From Comamonas sp. lk (GTDB lineage: Bacteria; Pseudomonadota; Gammaproteobacteria; Burkholderiales; Burkholderiaceae_C): a stretch of 64,000 nt of DNA. Location: assembly GCA_945925985.1 (NCBI GenBank), contig CAMELV010000009.1, positions 2,569 through 66,568 on the forward strand, in the 5' to 3' direction. Shown piece after piece: positions 48,574 to 57,654 of this stretch (position 1 is the stretch's first letter; each line of letters begins with the position of its first letter). Under the pieces are notes generated by a model. It saw only the letters and a list, made by a program, of their open reading frames with translations. It made no database searches and had not been told where the DNA came from. The translations under genes and the position numbers were made by a program.

Positions 48574-48918
48574 TCAAAGCCCATAGACCTGCCGGACCGC
48601 CCCCTCGATGGCCGTCATGTCAGTCGCCGAGATTTCCCCTAGGTACTTGCCAATGCGCAGCTTGTCGATGGTGCGCACCTAGTGGCAAAGTGCCACAGAG
48701 TTCGGACCGACTGACGGCACGCCAACCACGACCGGCGGCAATACTTTGGCAGAGGTGGACAGAGGCACGACACCCACTTGGCGCAATTTGGCGTTCAGGG
48801 GGGTGATTGAAAAAATCAGGCAGGGCTGCGCTTGTAGTCCATGAATGAGCGGGATCAGGCCGGGCTGTCCAAGCCATCTGCTGACGTGGCTTCCCACAGC
48901 ATTTCGTCGTCGCGGCAT
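48574..48918 (-). pseudogene. MazF/PemK-family toxin with in-frame amber codon
   Basis: The translation reads ...PCLIFSITPLN...VVPLSTS...NSVALCH*VRTIDKLRIGKYLGEIS.... The TAG at 48681-48679 sits where family members have Gln, as in the EQIRTIDK pattern. Confidence 0.6.
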
Positions 48919-49106
48919 TCGGCGAAGGCCGGGTCGGTCATAAAGGCGTCGGCCAAGCGCTCGAGCTCGGCTTCACGGGCTGCCAGGGCCTGCTTCATCA
49001 ACTCCTCCATCACACGGCTGCGCTCGCCGTGTGGCACCACAGCGTTGAAGCGTTGCAGGACAGGGGCGGAGAACGTGTAGGACGCGCGAAGGGTGCTGGT
49101 TGCCAT
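48855..49106 (-). CDS. Ribbon-helix-helix (CopG/MazE-like) antitoxin
   Basis: Small ORF immediately upstream of, and overlapping, the toxin gene. The pattern FSAPVLQRFNAVVPHGERSRVMEELM is RHH-like. Confidence 0.5.
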   Translation of the reverse strand: MATSTLRASYTFSAPVLQRFNAVVPHGERSRVMEELMKQALAAREAELERLADAFMTDPAFAECRDDEMLWEATSADGLDSPA

Positions 49107-49269
49107 GGAGGTGGTGATGAAAGGAAGCGCAGTATTACTGCACACGGCGCCAAGTGTATCGATTGCCCTGGCTTTGCGTCAAGAATCGTTGGAACTGGTG
49201 GGCCAAGTGGCGCGCTGGTGGTGTGACAGTGAGTCAGGGCCTGGGCGGATCAAGGCCCAGGCCCAAACC

Positions 49270-50232
49270 TTAAGTAGCCAACCGCGCCAGCACTGCGGCC
49301 GGGCTCAGGTCATTCAGGCAGCGGGTGTGGCCCAGCGGGCAACTGCGCTCAAAGCAAGGCGCGCAGTCCAGCGGCGGCTGGTAGGCCGGATCGTCCTTGA
49401 GCCAGAGCACGCTGGCCTGCGGGTTCAGCGGCGGGGTGTGATGCGGGCTGCTGGAGCCAAACAGCGCCGCCTGCCGCACACCCAGCGCCGCCGCCACGTG
49501 CATCAGGCCAGAATCATTGCTTACTATTAATTTAGTAGCAGCAATGATAGACAGGGCAGGGCCTAGAGCCGTTTTTCCTGCTAAATTTTGGCACTTTCCG
49601 GGGGTCTGGGTGTTGACCTCCGTGGCAATGGCTTCGCACAGTTCAGCCTCTTTGGCCGAGCCCAGCAGCAGCACCGGGCCATCCAATTGCCGTGCCAGCT
49701 CAGCAAAGTGGCCGGCTGGCCAGCGTTTGGCCGGGCCGTATTCTGAGCCTGGTGCCAGCACGCTAAAGGCACCGGCTTGCAGGCCCAGACCGGCCAGGTC
49801 GGCCGCTAGGGTGGCGTCGCCCACCTGCAGACGAGGTTGGTCGGCGGTGGTCCCGGCCTCGCCGCTGAGGGCCGAGTAAAACGCCACCATGGGCGGGCGC
49901 CGGTCCTTGGGCGGGTTTTTCAGGCGGTGGGTCAGCAGGCCGATGCGCGCCTCACCCAGGTAGCCGATCCGTTTGGGAATACTGGCCAAAAAAGGCAGCA
50001 AAGCGCTTTTGAGCGAGTTGGGGCAGATGTAGGCTGTCTCAAAGCGCCCACTGAGTTCGCGCGCCAAGGTGCGCCGGGCCTTGAACTGCAGCCCGCCGTG
50101 GGCAAAGGGGAACTCGATCACTCTGACCACCTGGGGCATCAGACGGTAGACCGGCGCCACCCAGGGCAACGCACCAACCGTTAACCTCTCGCCGCGCGCG
50201 TGCAGCCGGCGCAGCAGCGGCTCGGTCATCAC
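49270..50232 (-). CDS. waaF: ADP-heptose:LPS heptosyltransferase II
   Basis: NLAGKT...IVSNDSGLMHVAAALG is the GT9 pattern. The conserved N-terminal SLVIAPQWIGDAVM lies upstream of the first canonical start, so the real start is probably near 50265-50289 with a non-standard codon. Confidence 0.85.
   Translation of the reverse strand: MMTEPLLRRLHARGERLTVGALPWVAPVYRLMPQVVRVIEFPFAHGGLQFKARRTLARELSGRFETAYICPNSLKSALLPFLASIPKRIGYLGEARIGLLTHRLKNPPKDRRPPMVAFYSALSGEAGTTADQPRLQVGDATLAADLAGLGLQAGAFSVLAPGSEYGPAKRWPAGHFAELARQLDGPVLLLGSAKEAELCEAIATEVNTQTPGKCQNLAGKTALGPALSIIAATKLIVSNDSGLMHVAAALGVRQAALFGSSSPHHTPPLNPQASVLWLKDDPAYQPPLDCAPCFERSCPLGHTRCLNDLSPAAVLARLAT
49513..49548. repeat. 36-nt AT-rich imperfect palindrome inside waaF
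   Basis: ATCATTGCTTACTA ttaatt TAGTAGCAGCAATGAT forms a 14-bp stem with a 2-nt bulge. It sits within a ~95-nt patch of AT-ending codons. Confidence 0.6.
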
Positions 50233-50269
50233 CGCGTCCCCGATCCATTGGGGCGCAATGACCAGCGAC

Positions 50270-50476
50270 TCAGTGGTGGGCGCTGAAATGCTCGCCGTCC
50301 TTGAGCTTGTAGACGGTCCCGCAGTAGGGGCACTTGGCCTGGCCGCTGTGGGCCACGTCCAGGTACACCTTGGGGTGGCTGTTCCAGATTTTCATGTCGG
50401 CCAGCGGGCTGGGGCAATACACGCCCCCCTGGGCGTTCAGGTCCTTGGCCAGCAGTTCAATAGGGGGTTGGCTCAT
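50270..50476 (-). CDS. Zinc-finger (zf-CHCC type) small protein
   Basis: The pattern is YCPSP...KCPYCGTVYKL. Length is 68 aa. Confidence 0.7.
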   Translation of the reverse strand: MSQPPIELLAKDLNAQGGVYCPSPLADMKIWNSHPKVYLDVAHSGQAKCPYCGTVYKLKDGEHFSAHH

Positions 50477-50497
50477 GGCGATCTTTGTGGCGCCGGC

Positions 50498-51436
50498 TCA
50501 GACCTGGCTGAGCCAGTGCGCGTATTTCGGGTTGCGGCCGTTGACGATGTCAAAGAAGGCGCTCTGGATTTTTTCGGTGATTGGGCCGCGGCTGCCGGCG
50601 CCGAGCTCAATGCGGTCCAGTTCGCGGATCGGCGTCACCTCAGCAGCGGTGCCGGTGAAAAAGGCCTCGTCGCAGATGTAAACCTCGTCACGGGTGATGC
50701 GCTTTTGCACCACCTCCAAGCCCAGGTCCTTGCAGATGTGGAACACCGTGTTGCGGGTGATGCCGTTGAGCGCACCGGCCGACATGTCAGGGGTGTAAAC
50801 CACGCCGTCTTTGACCATAAACAGGTTCTCGCCCGCGCCTTCAGACACGAAGCCCGAGCTGTCGAGCAGCATGGCCTCGTCGTAGCCTTCGTCGGTGGCT
50901 TCCATGTTGGCCAAAATCGAGTTGGTGTAGTTGCTCACCGCTTTGGCTTGCGTCATGGTGATGTTGACATGGTGCCGGGTGTAGCTGGAAATCTTCACGC
51001 GGATGCCGTTCTTGAGTCCTTCTTCGCCGAGGTAAGCGCCCCAGGCCCAGGCCGCGACCATCAGGTGGATGGTGTTGCCCTTGGGGCTGACGCCGAGTTT
51101 TTTGTCGCCGATCCAGGTCAGCGGTCGCAGGTAGCAGGAGGCCAGCTTGTTCTCACGCACCACGGCTTTTTGCGCCTCCATGACCTCTTCTTTGCTGAAG
51201 GGCAGCTTCATGCGCAGAATCTTGGCGCTGTTGAACAGGCGTTCGGTGTGCTCCGCAAGCCGGAAAATTGCTGTGCCATTGACCGTGTCATAGGCTCGCA
51301 CGCCCTCAAAGGCGCCGCAACCATAGTGCAGGGTGTGCGTCAGCACGTGGATCTTGGCGTCGCGCCAGTCCACCATCTGGCCGTCCATCCAGATTTTGCC
51401 GTCGCGGTCAGACATGGAGGGGGGTAGTGGGCTCAT
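50498..51436 (-). CDS. ilvE: Branched-chain amino acid aminotransferase
   Basis: GKIWMDGQMVDWRDAKIHVLTHTLHYG...EGVRAY is the IlvE pattern. The ATG at 51436 is preceded by AAGGA. Confidence 0.9.
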   Translation of the reverse strand: MSPLPPSMSDRDGKIWMDGQMVDWRDAKIHVLTHTLHYGCGAFEGVRAYDTVNGTAIFRLAEHTERLFNSAKILRMKLPFSKEEVMEAQKAVVRENKLASCYLRPLTWIGDKKLGVSPKGNTIHLMVAAWAWGAYLGEEGLKNGIRVKISSYTRHHVNITMTQAKAVSNYTNSILANMEATDEGYDEAMLLDSSGFVSEGAGENLFMVKDGVVYTPDMSAGALNGITRNTVFHICKDLGLEVVQKRITRDEVYICDEAFFTGTAAEVTPIRELDRIELGAGSRGPITEKIQSAFFDIVNGRNPKYAHWLSQV

Positions 51437-51501
51437 GGGGGTCCTTATGGGGCGTTGGAGGGCGTTGGAAGACGTTGGGGTTGGGGACTGAAAACCGGAT
51501 T

Positions 51502-51900
51502 TTACGGGGCTGGCGCTGGCCTCTCCAGTGTCCATGATTTGAGCTTGCCACCGACCAGTTCACAGGTGACATGCGACTGCGTGCCGTCGGTCCAGCGGTA
51601 GATCTCGGGTTGGACGTCTTTGGCGCTTTGCAGCTCGCCCAGCGCCCGGGTCATGGCCACGATGTGCAGCAGCGTCACGCCTGGGCGTAGCTTGGCATTG
51701 AGCATCACGGCACTGTCGACAAAACCTATCGGGCGCTTGGCGGCCCGCTGCAGCACGGTCATCATGCGGGTGAAGTGCAGCAGCAGCCACATCACCAGGG
51801 CACCCACCGCAATGGCCACGCCGGCCCAGCCGTAGGCCCGGTAGGCGGCGGCCACGCCCGCCACGCTGGCGATCGGGATCAGGTATTTCTGGAATTGCAT
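51502..51900 (-). CDS. Hypothetical membrane protein
   Basis: The start was taken at MQFQKY (51900). Two N-terminal TM segments are predicted. No family was recognised. Confidence 0.45.
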   Translation of the reverse strand: MQFQKYLIPIASVAGVAAAYRAYGWAGVAIAVGALVMWLLLHFTRMMTVLQRAAKRPIGFVDSAVMLNAKLRPGVTLLHIVAMTRALGELQSAKDVQPEIYRWTDGTQSHVTCELVGGKLKSWTLERPAPAP

Positions 51901-51953
51901 GGGCAGATTTTCGCAGCAAGTCGGGGCCGGGCCCGAGGCCGCTCCCAAGACCC

Positions 51954-53330
51954 TCAGGGCTTCAGCGGGGTCGGCCAGCGCACAGTCACGGCCAGGCCAC
52001 CCAGCCGCTCGGAACGGCCAAGCTGCAGTTGGGCGCCAGTCGCCTGCGCAATGCGGCGCACGATCGACCAACCCAGGCCGCTGCCCGGCTGGGCCTGGCC
52101 GGCCACCCGGTAAAAGCGCTCGCCCAGGCGGGCCATTTCGGGCTCGCTCAGGCCAGCGCCGCTGTCTTCGACACTCAGCACAGTGTGGCCGGCCTCAGAG
52201 TCGATCTGCATCGTGATCTGCGCCCCCGTTGGGCTGTAGCGCAGGGCGTTGTCCAGCAGGTTGCGCAAGAGCACGCCGATCAGTACTTCGGGACCCGGCA
52301 CCAACGCGGCGCTGGCGGCGGCCAGCGCCAGGTCCTGCTGCCGAGCCAGGGCGGCTGGGGCCAGCTCTGCCGCTGTGCGCTGGGCGACAGCGCGCAAATC
52401 AACCGGACGCCCGGCGTCTGCGGCTGCAGCGCCACCTGGGTTCGCCTCCAGGCGGGCCAAGGTCAGCAGCTGATCGACCAGCCGGCTGGCCCGGTCGCAG
52501 CCGGCCAGCGTGGCCTGCAAGGCCCGCTCGCGTTGCGCGTGATCGCTGCCCGCCCCCTGCGCCACCTGCGCCTGGGCCCGGATGGCCGCGATCGGTGTGC
52601 CCAGCTCATGCGCGGCATCGGCCGTGAAGCGCTGCTCGGCAGACAGCATTTGATCAAGCCGCTGAAAAAGCCCGTTGAGTGCCTCCACCACCGGGTGAAT
52701 TTCCATTGGTAACTGGTCAAGCGGCAGCGGCGCCAGCGCCTGGGCCTGCCGGCCATCGCGGTCTTTCAATTGCCGGCTGAGCTGGCTCAACGGCTTTAAT
52801 TCGCGTCGTACTGCCCACCAGATCAGCAGCGCCAACAAGGGCAATGCAAACAGCGGCGGCAGCAGCACGCTGCGCAACACGGCTTGCAGGATGGCGCTGC
52901 GGGAGTCGTCCTGCTCGGCCACGTAAACCTGGACATCGTCGGCCGCCCCGCGGGTGGCAAACACCCGCCAGGTGCTGCCATCGTCCCGCTGGACGGTGCT
53001 GAAACCTGCGTTGATCGTCGCCAACGGTGTCGGGTCGACGTTGGGAGAACGCATCACCAACTGGCCCTCATGAAACACCTGGAATGCCACCTTGGGTGCG
53101 TATTTGTGCAGCATCGGCACATCGGCCACATCGTCGTCTTCGGCCCGGGTTTGCTGCACCACCAGCAGGGCGGCGGCCTGAGCCAGGTGGCTGTCGAGCA
53201 GCTCGTCAAGTTCATGGCGGGCGTCAATCCAGGTCATCAAGGCGGTGACCAGCCAAACGGCGCACAGCAGCGCCAGCAGCAGGCCAAGCAGGCGGGCCTG
53301 CAGCGAACGTGGGGCCTGCGGCCGGCTCAT
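51954..53330 (-). CDS. Sensor histidine kinase (QseC-like)
   Basis: The H-box is AAHELGTPIA, and an HATPase region is present (DNALRYS, DSGAGL, GSGLGWSI). Confidence 0.85.
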   Translation of the reverse strand: MSRPQAPRSLQARLLGLLLALLCAVWLVTALMTWIDARHELDELLDSHLAQAAALLVVQQTRAEDDDVADVPMLHKYAPKVAFQVFHEGQLVMRSPNVDPTPLATINAGFSTVQRDDGSTWRVFATRGAADDVQVYVAEQDDSRSAILQAVLRSVLLPPLFALPLLALLIWWAVRRELKPLSQLSRQLKDRDGRQAQALAPLPLDQLPMEIHPVVEALNGLFQRLDQMLSAEQRFTADAAHELGTPIAAIRAQAQVAQGAGSDHAQRERALQATLAGCDRASRLVDQLLTLARLEANPGGAAAADAGRPVDLRAVAQRTAAELAPAALARQQDLALAAASAALVPGPEVLIGVLLRNLLDNALRYSPTGAQITMQIDSEAGHTVLSVEDSGAGLSEPEMARLGERFYRVAGQAQPGSGLGWSIVRRIAQATGAQLQLGRSERLGGLAVTVRWPTPLKP

Positions 53331-53997
53331 ACTGGCGCAGCCTGGCGCGGCACCGTGTAGCCAACACCGCGAAGGTCTGGATCAGCTCTGGCTGCAGTTT
53401 GCGCCGCAGGTGGTGGATGTGCACCTCGATGGCGTTGCTGTCGAACTCGTGGCCCCAGCTGTAAAGCTGCTGCTCCAGCTGCTCGCGCGACAGCACCCGC
53501 CCGACATTGAGCATCAGCACCTGCAGCAGGTCAAATTCGCGGGTCGACAGGGGTACCGCTGCGCCATGTAGGCTGACCTGGCGCGCGGCCGGCTCCAGCA
53601 AGACGGGGCCCCAGCGCAATGTGTCTTGAAGTTGGCCGTGGGCGCGTCGGACCAAAGACCGCAGCCGGGCACCCAGCTCATGCAGGTCTACCGGTTTGAC
53701 CACGTAGTCGTCAGCGCCCAGGTCCAGGCCCCGAACTCGGTCTGGCACCGCGTCGCGCGCGGTCAGCACCAGGATGGGTGTGGCGATCTTGCGCTGGCGC
53801 AAAGCCCTCAACACGGCCAACCCGTCTTTCAGCGGCAACCCAAGATCGAGCACGGCCGCAGCGTAGTCGCCAGAACTCAGTTCCCGCTCGGCGGCCAGGC
53901 CGTCTTGCACCCAGTCCACTTGGAAACCCAGCTGGCGCAACCCGGCGCGCAGCCCGTCGCCCAGCAGGGGGTCGTCTTCAGCCAGCAGAATGCGCAT
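53327..53997 (-). CDS. OmpR-family response regulator with apparent 1-nt frameshift near its 3' end
   Basis: The receiver and wHTH domains are intact up to ...ELIQT. The conserved RGVGYTV...stop continues in another frame from ~53372. The ORF-track reading (53224..53997) runs into the kinase gene. Confidence 0.75.
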
Positions 53998-54017
53998 GGG
54001 GCAGTGCCAGCGGGGGG

Positions 54018-54707
54018 CTAATCGTCGTTGTCATGTGACGGGTATTTTGCGCTTCCGGTGCTGACCGGCCCGTCGATCGCCTCTGGGGCGCTTTGCCACT
54101 GCAGCCACCAATAAGCCAGCACAGCCAGCACCAACACCACTGCCACGCCGGTCCAGGCCCGTCTTATTCCGTCGGCTGGAACGCCATTTTTTTGGCCCGT
54201 CACCATGGCCCGCACCAGGTTCTCACGGTGCAGCAGGCTGGCGACCAGCACACCGGCAATGTGAACCGCCACCAGCAGCAGCATGGTGGTGCTGGCCACC
54301 TCGTGCAATTCGGACAGCCACTCGCCGCCCAGGTCGTTGTAGATGGCCCAGCCGCTGCCAACCACCGCCACGCTGGCCAGCAGCAGCAGCACGATGGCCA
54401 CGGCGCCGGCTGGGTTATGGCCCAGGTGGTGTTGCGCTTGGCCGTCGCGCAGGCTGCGCAAATAGGCCAGCACGGCTTGCGGTCCACGCACAAAACTGGC
54501 AAAGCGGGCGTAGCGGGTGCCGATCAGGCCCCACACCAGCCGAAACGCCACCAGGCCGCCCAAGGTGTAACCCAGCGTGACATGCAGCAGGCGCCAGCGT
54601 TCACTCTCGGCGCTCAGGTAGGCGCCCGCAAAACTGAGCACCAGCAGCCAGTGAAACACCCGCACGGGCGCATCCCACACTTTGATTTTTGTTGTGATGT
54701 TGTCCAT
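54018..54707 (-). CDS. Cytochrome b561-type membrane cytochrome b
   Basis: The VFHW..V motif, four TM helices and conserved His positions are present. Confidence 0.8.
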   Translation of the reverse strand: MDNITTKIKVWDAPVRVFHWLLVLSFAGAYLSAESERWRLLHVTLGYTLGGLVAFRLVWGLIGTRYARFASFVRGPQAVLAYLRSLRDGQAQHHLGHNPAGAVAIVLLLLASVAVVGSGWAIYNDLGGEWLSELHEVASTTMLLLVAVHIAGVLVASLLHRENLVRAMVTGQKNGVPADGIRRAWTGVAVVLVLAVLAYWWLQWQSAPEAIDGPVSTGSAKYPSHDNDD

Positions 54708-54712
54708 GGCGG

Positions 54713-55192
54713 CTATTTGGGGATCTTGATGTCGCGTTCATTGAAGCTGCCCTTGTCGGCCTGGGTGTGGCAGGCAGCACAGTTGGCCGGGCTGCCCACA
54801 GACGCGCGCTTCCAAACAGCCAGCGGCACTTCGCGCTCCTTGTGCTTGCTCAAGAACCAGCTGGAGCGGGTGATGCGGTCTTGCGGCGGCGCTTCGGTCA
54901 CCCGCTTGTAGGTGCCCGCGTGCTGGTTCAGCCAAGTGCTGATCTCGCGCGAGCTGGTTTCATCCAGCGAGGCGTCGGTACCGAAATGCTTGCCCAGGCC
55001 CCCCATCAAGCGCTGCCAGGAGGCCGCCGGCAGCATCCCAGGCGGGTAGGCGACGTGGCAGGCTGCACACTCCTGCTGGTATTTGGGCAGCAGCGGCACC
55101 GTTGCGGCGCGGTCATCGGCCTGGGCCAAGGGCCACAGCCCAAGCAGGGCCAGGCTGCCGATGGCGGCCTTGTCAAAAAAGTGATTGAACAT
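54713..55192 (-). CDS. Dihaem cytochrome c
   Basis: Two CxxCH sites (CAACH twice) and a signal peptide are present. Confidence 0.7.
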   Translation of the reverse strand: MFNHFFDKAAIGSLALLGLWPLAQADDRAATVPLLPKYQQECAACHVAYPPGMLPAASWQRLMGGLGKHFGTDASLDETSSREISTWLNQHAGTYKRVTEAPPQDRITRSSWFLSKHKEREVPLAVWKRASVGSPANCAACHTQADKGSFNERDIKIPK

Positions 55193-55251
55193 GAACGGTC
55201 TTTCTGTGAATGGGTGTTAAGGCGCCGACTGCGAGCACGAAGCGGCGGTAT

Positions 55252-55665
55252 TCAGGGCTTGAGCGTCATCAGCCAGGCCAGCACATCGGCCTTCTCAGCG
55301 GCGCTGCACTCGCGGCCCACCACGTCGTTGCAGTTGCGGCGAAACCATTTCTCGGTCTTGGCGCTGTCGGTGAATCGTTCTGAGTTAAAGCGTGGTGCCA
55401 GTGGCGCTATCAACTTGCCGGTACTGGCGTGTTTGCCCGGCCCGGTTGGGCTGGCTCCATGGCATGAGGCGCAACTCCAGTCCTTGCCTTGGCGGCTGTT
55501 AAAGAACTTCTGGCCGCGCGCGGCTTGTGCCGGCGCGCCGGCTTGCGCGGTGTAGGCGCTCAGTTGCTCGGCCGGCGTAAGGGCATGTGCGGGCTGCACG
55601 GTCAGGGCCGAACCGGCCATCGCCAACAGCCAAGCCCATTGAAAACCAGAGGGGACAGTCAACAT
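55252..55665 (-). CDS. DUF1924-type periplasmic c-type cytochrome-like protein
   Basis: A signal peptide, a single CASCH site and a conserved C-terminal Cys pair are present. Confidence 0.6.
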   Translation of the reverse strand: MLTVPSGFQWAWLLAMAGSALTVQPAHALTPAEQLSAYTAQAGAPAQAARGQKFFNSRQGKDWSCASCHGASPTGPGKHASTGKLIAPLAPRFNSERFTDSAKTEKWFRRNCNDVVGRECSAAEKADVLAWLMTLKP

Positions 55666-55815
55666 AGCATCTCCTTTGCCCTGATTTTGCGGAGCTCAGA
55701 TTAAGCTGGGCTTAAGGCAGAGCTCGGTTTGCTTTGCGTCAAACTAAGCTAGCAAAGGGCGACTTCGCCCGCCCATCCTGCTGAACAGGCGTGGTCGGCG
55801 CGGTCAGCGGGGGTA

Positions 55816-57183
55816 TCAGCCCAGTGAGCGCACCAGTTCCATCGCCTGCTCGACCCGCTCCACGGCGTGAACGGTCAGGCCCTCAATGGCCTTCTTGGGC
55901 GCATTGGCCTTGGGTACCAGCGCCACGCTGAAGCCCAGCTTGGCCGCCTCGCGCAGGCGTTCTTGGCCGCGTGGCGCAGGCCGCACCTCACCCGCCAGAC
56001 CCACTTCGCCAAAGGCAAAAAAACCTTTGGGCAGCGGTTTCCCGCGCAGGCTTGAGGTGATGGCCAGCAGCACGGCCAGGTCGGCTGCTGGCTCGCTGAT
56101 GCGCACGCCACCCACCGCGTTGACAAACACGTCCTGGTCCATGCAGGCCACGCCGGCATGGCGGTGCAGCACCGCCAGCAGCATGGCCAGCCGGTCGCGG
56201 TCAAGGCCCACCGACAGCCGGCGCGGCGACGGGCCCCCGCTGTCCACCAGGGCCTGGATCTCGACCAATAGCGGCCGCGTGCCTTCGAGCGTGACCATCA
56301 CGCAGCTGCCCGGCACCGGCTCGGCGTGCTGGCTCAAAAAAATGGCGCTCGGGTTGGACACGCCCTTGAGGCCTTTTTCGGTCATCGCAAACACGCCGAT
56401 CTCATTGACCGCGCCAAAGCGGTTCTTGATGGCCCGCACCAGCCGGAAACTGCTGTGGGTGTCGCCCTCAAAGTAGAGCACCGTGTCCACCATGTGCTCC
56501 AGCACGCGGGGGCCGGCCAGCGCGCCTTCTTTGGTCACGTGGCCTACCAGCACGATGCTCACGCCGCTGGCCTTGGCCGCGCGGGTCAGGTGGGCGGCAC
56601 ATTCGCGCACCTGGGCCACCGAGCCCGGGGCCGAGCTGAGCTGGTCGGAGTAGACGGTCTGGATCGAGTCGATGACCGCGATGTCGGGCCGTGTGCTCTC
56701 CAGCGTAGCCAGGATTTTTTCAAGCTGAATCTCGGCCAGCACCTTGACCTGCGAGCCGTCCAGCCCGAGCCGGTGCGCCCGCAGCGCCACCTGGGCGCCG
56801 CTTTCTTCGCCGGTCACATACAGGGTGTGCTGGCCACTGCGTTGCAGCGAGTCGAGCGCCTGCAGCAGCAGGGTGGATTTGCCGATGCCGGGGTCGCCGC
56901 CGATCAGCACCACGCCACCCTCGACCATGCCGCCACCCAGCACCCGGTCCAGTTCCTCGTGGCCGGTGGGGGTGCGCGCCATGTCCACGGCGTCGATCTC
57001 GCCCAGGGTGGCGATCTCGGCGGTTTTGGCCAGCGAGGCAAAGCGATTCTTGACGGCCGACGGGTTCTCGGCCACTGATTCAATCAGGGTGTTCCAAGCG
57101 TTGCAAGCCGGGCACTTGCCCAGCCATTTGGGGCTGTTACCCCCGCAGTCGCTGCACACATAAACCGTTTTTTCTTTGGCCAT
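55816..57183 (-). CDS. radA: DNA repair protein RadA
   Basis: MAKEKTVYVCSDCGGNSPKWLGKCPACNAWNT is the zinc finger. The P-loop is GGDPGIGKST, KNRFG is present, and a Lon-like C-terminus follows. Confidence 0.9.
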   Translation of the reverse strand: MAKEKTVYVCSDCGGNSPKWLGKCPACNAWNTLIESVAENPSAVKNRFASLAKTAEIATLGEIDAVDMARTPTGHEELDRVLGGGMVEGGVVLIGGDPGIGKSTLLLQALDSLQRSGQHTLYVTGEESGAQVALRAHRLGLDGSQVKVLAEIQLEKILATLESTRPDIAVIDSIQTVYSDQLSSAPGSVAQVRECAAHLTRAAKASGVSIVLVGHVTKEGALAGPRVLEHMVDTVLYFEGDTHSSFRLVRAIKNRFGAVNEIGVFAMTEKGLKGVSNPSAIFLSQHAEPVPGSCVMVTLEGTRPLLVEIQALVDSGGPSPRRLSVGLDRDRLAMLLAVLHRHAGVACMDQDVFVNAVGGVRISEPAADLAVLLAITSSLRGKPLPKGFFAFGEVGLAGEVRPAPRGQERLREAAKLGFSVALVPKANAPKKAIEGLTVHAVERVEQAMELVRSLG

Positions 57184-57324
57184 GGGCGCATGATACTGGA
57201 TGTAATTACAGATTTCATCGGTGATTCGTATGCTGCGACAGGTCCGCCAATGTGTCGGCCCATGTTGCAAGCGCCATGGTAGATCTATAAAATGTCTATC
57301 TTGACCTTTTATGTTGGACATTTC

Positions 57325-57645
57325 ATGAGCTGGAACATCGCCCAAGCCAAACAACAGTTCTCTGAAGTCGTGCGCCTGGCGGCCCAGGAGCCGCAAGCCA
57401 TTTACAACCGGGACAAGCCGGTCGCCGTGTTGATCAATGCAGACGATTTCGAGGCCTTTCGCCAGTGGCGCGCCGGACAACACGCCCCGACCCTGGCGGC
57501 GCAATTTGCAGAATCTAGGCTGGCCTTACAGCAAGCGGGTGCCGACGCACTGCAGATTCCCGCGCGAGGGGCTGTGCAACGCCCGAACGCCTTCGTGCAG
57601 ATGCTGGAATCAGAGCAACTGCCCAAACCCCCAGCCAACCCCTGA
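57325..57645 (+). CDS. Phd/YefM-family antitoxin
   Basis: MSWNIAQAKQQFSEVVR...PVAVLI..DDFE is the typical prevent-host-death N-terminus. Confidence 0.75.
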   Translation: MSWNIAQAKQQFSEVVRLAAQEPQAIYNRDKPVAVLINADDFEAFRQWRAGQHAPTLAAQFAESRLALQQAGADALQIPARGAVQRPNAFVQMLESEQLPKPPANP

Positions 57646-57654
57646 AAGCCTGCC

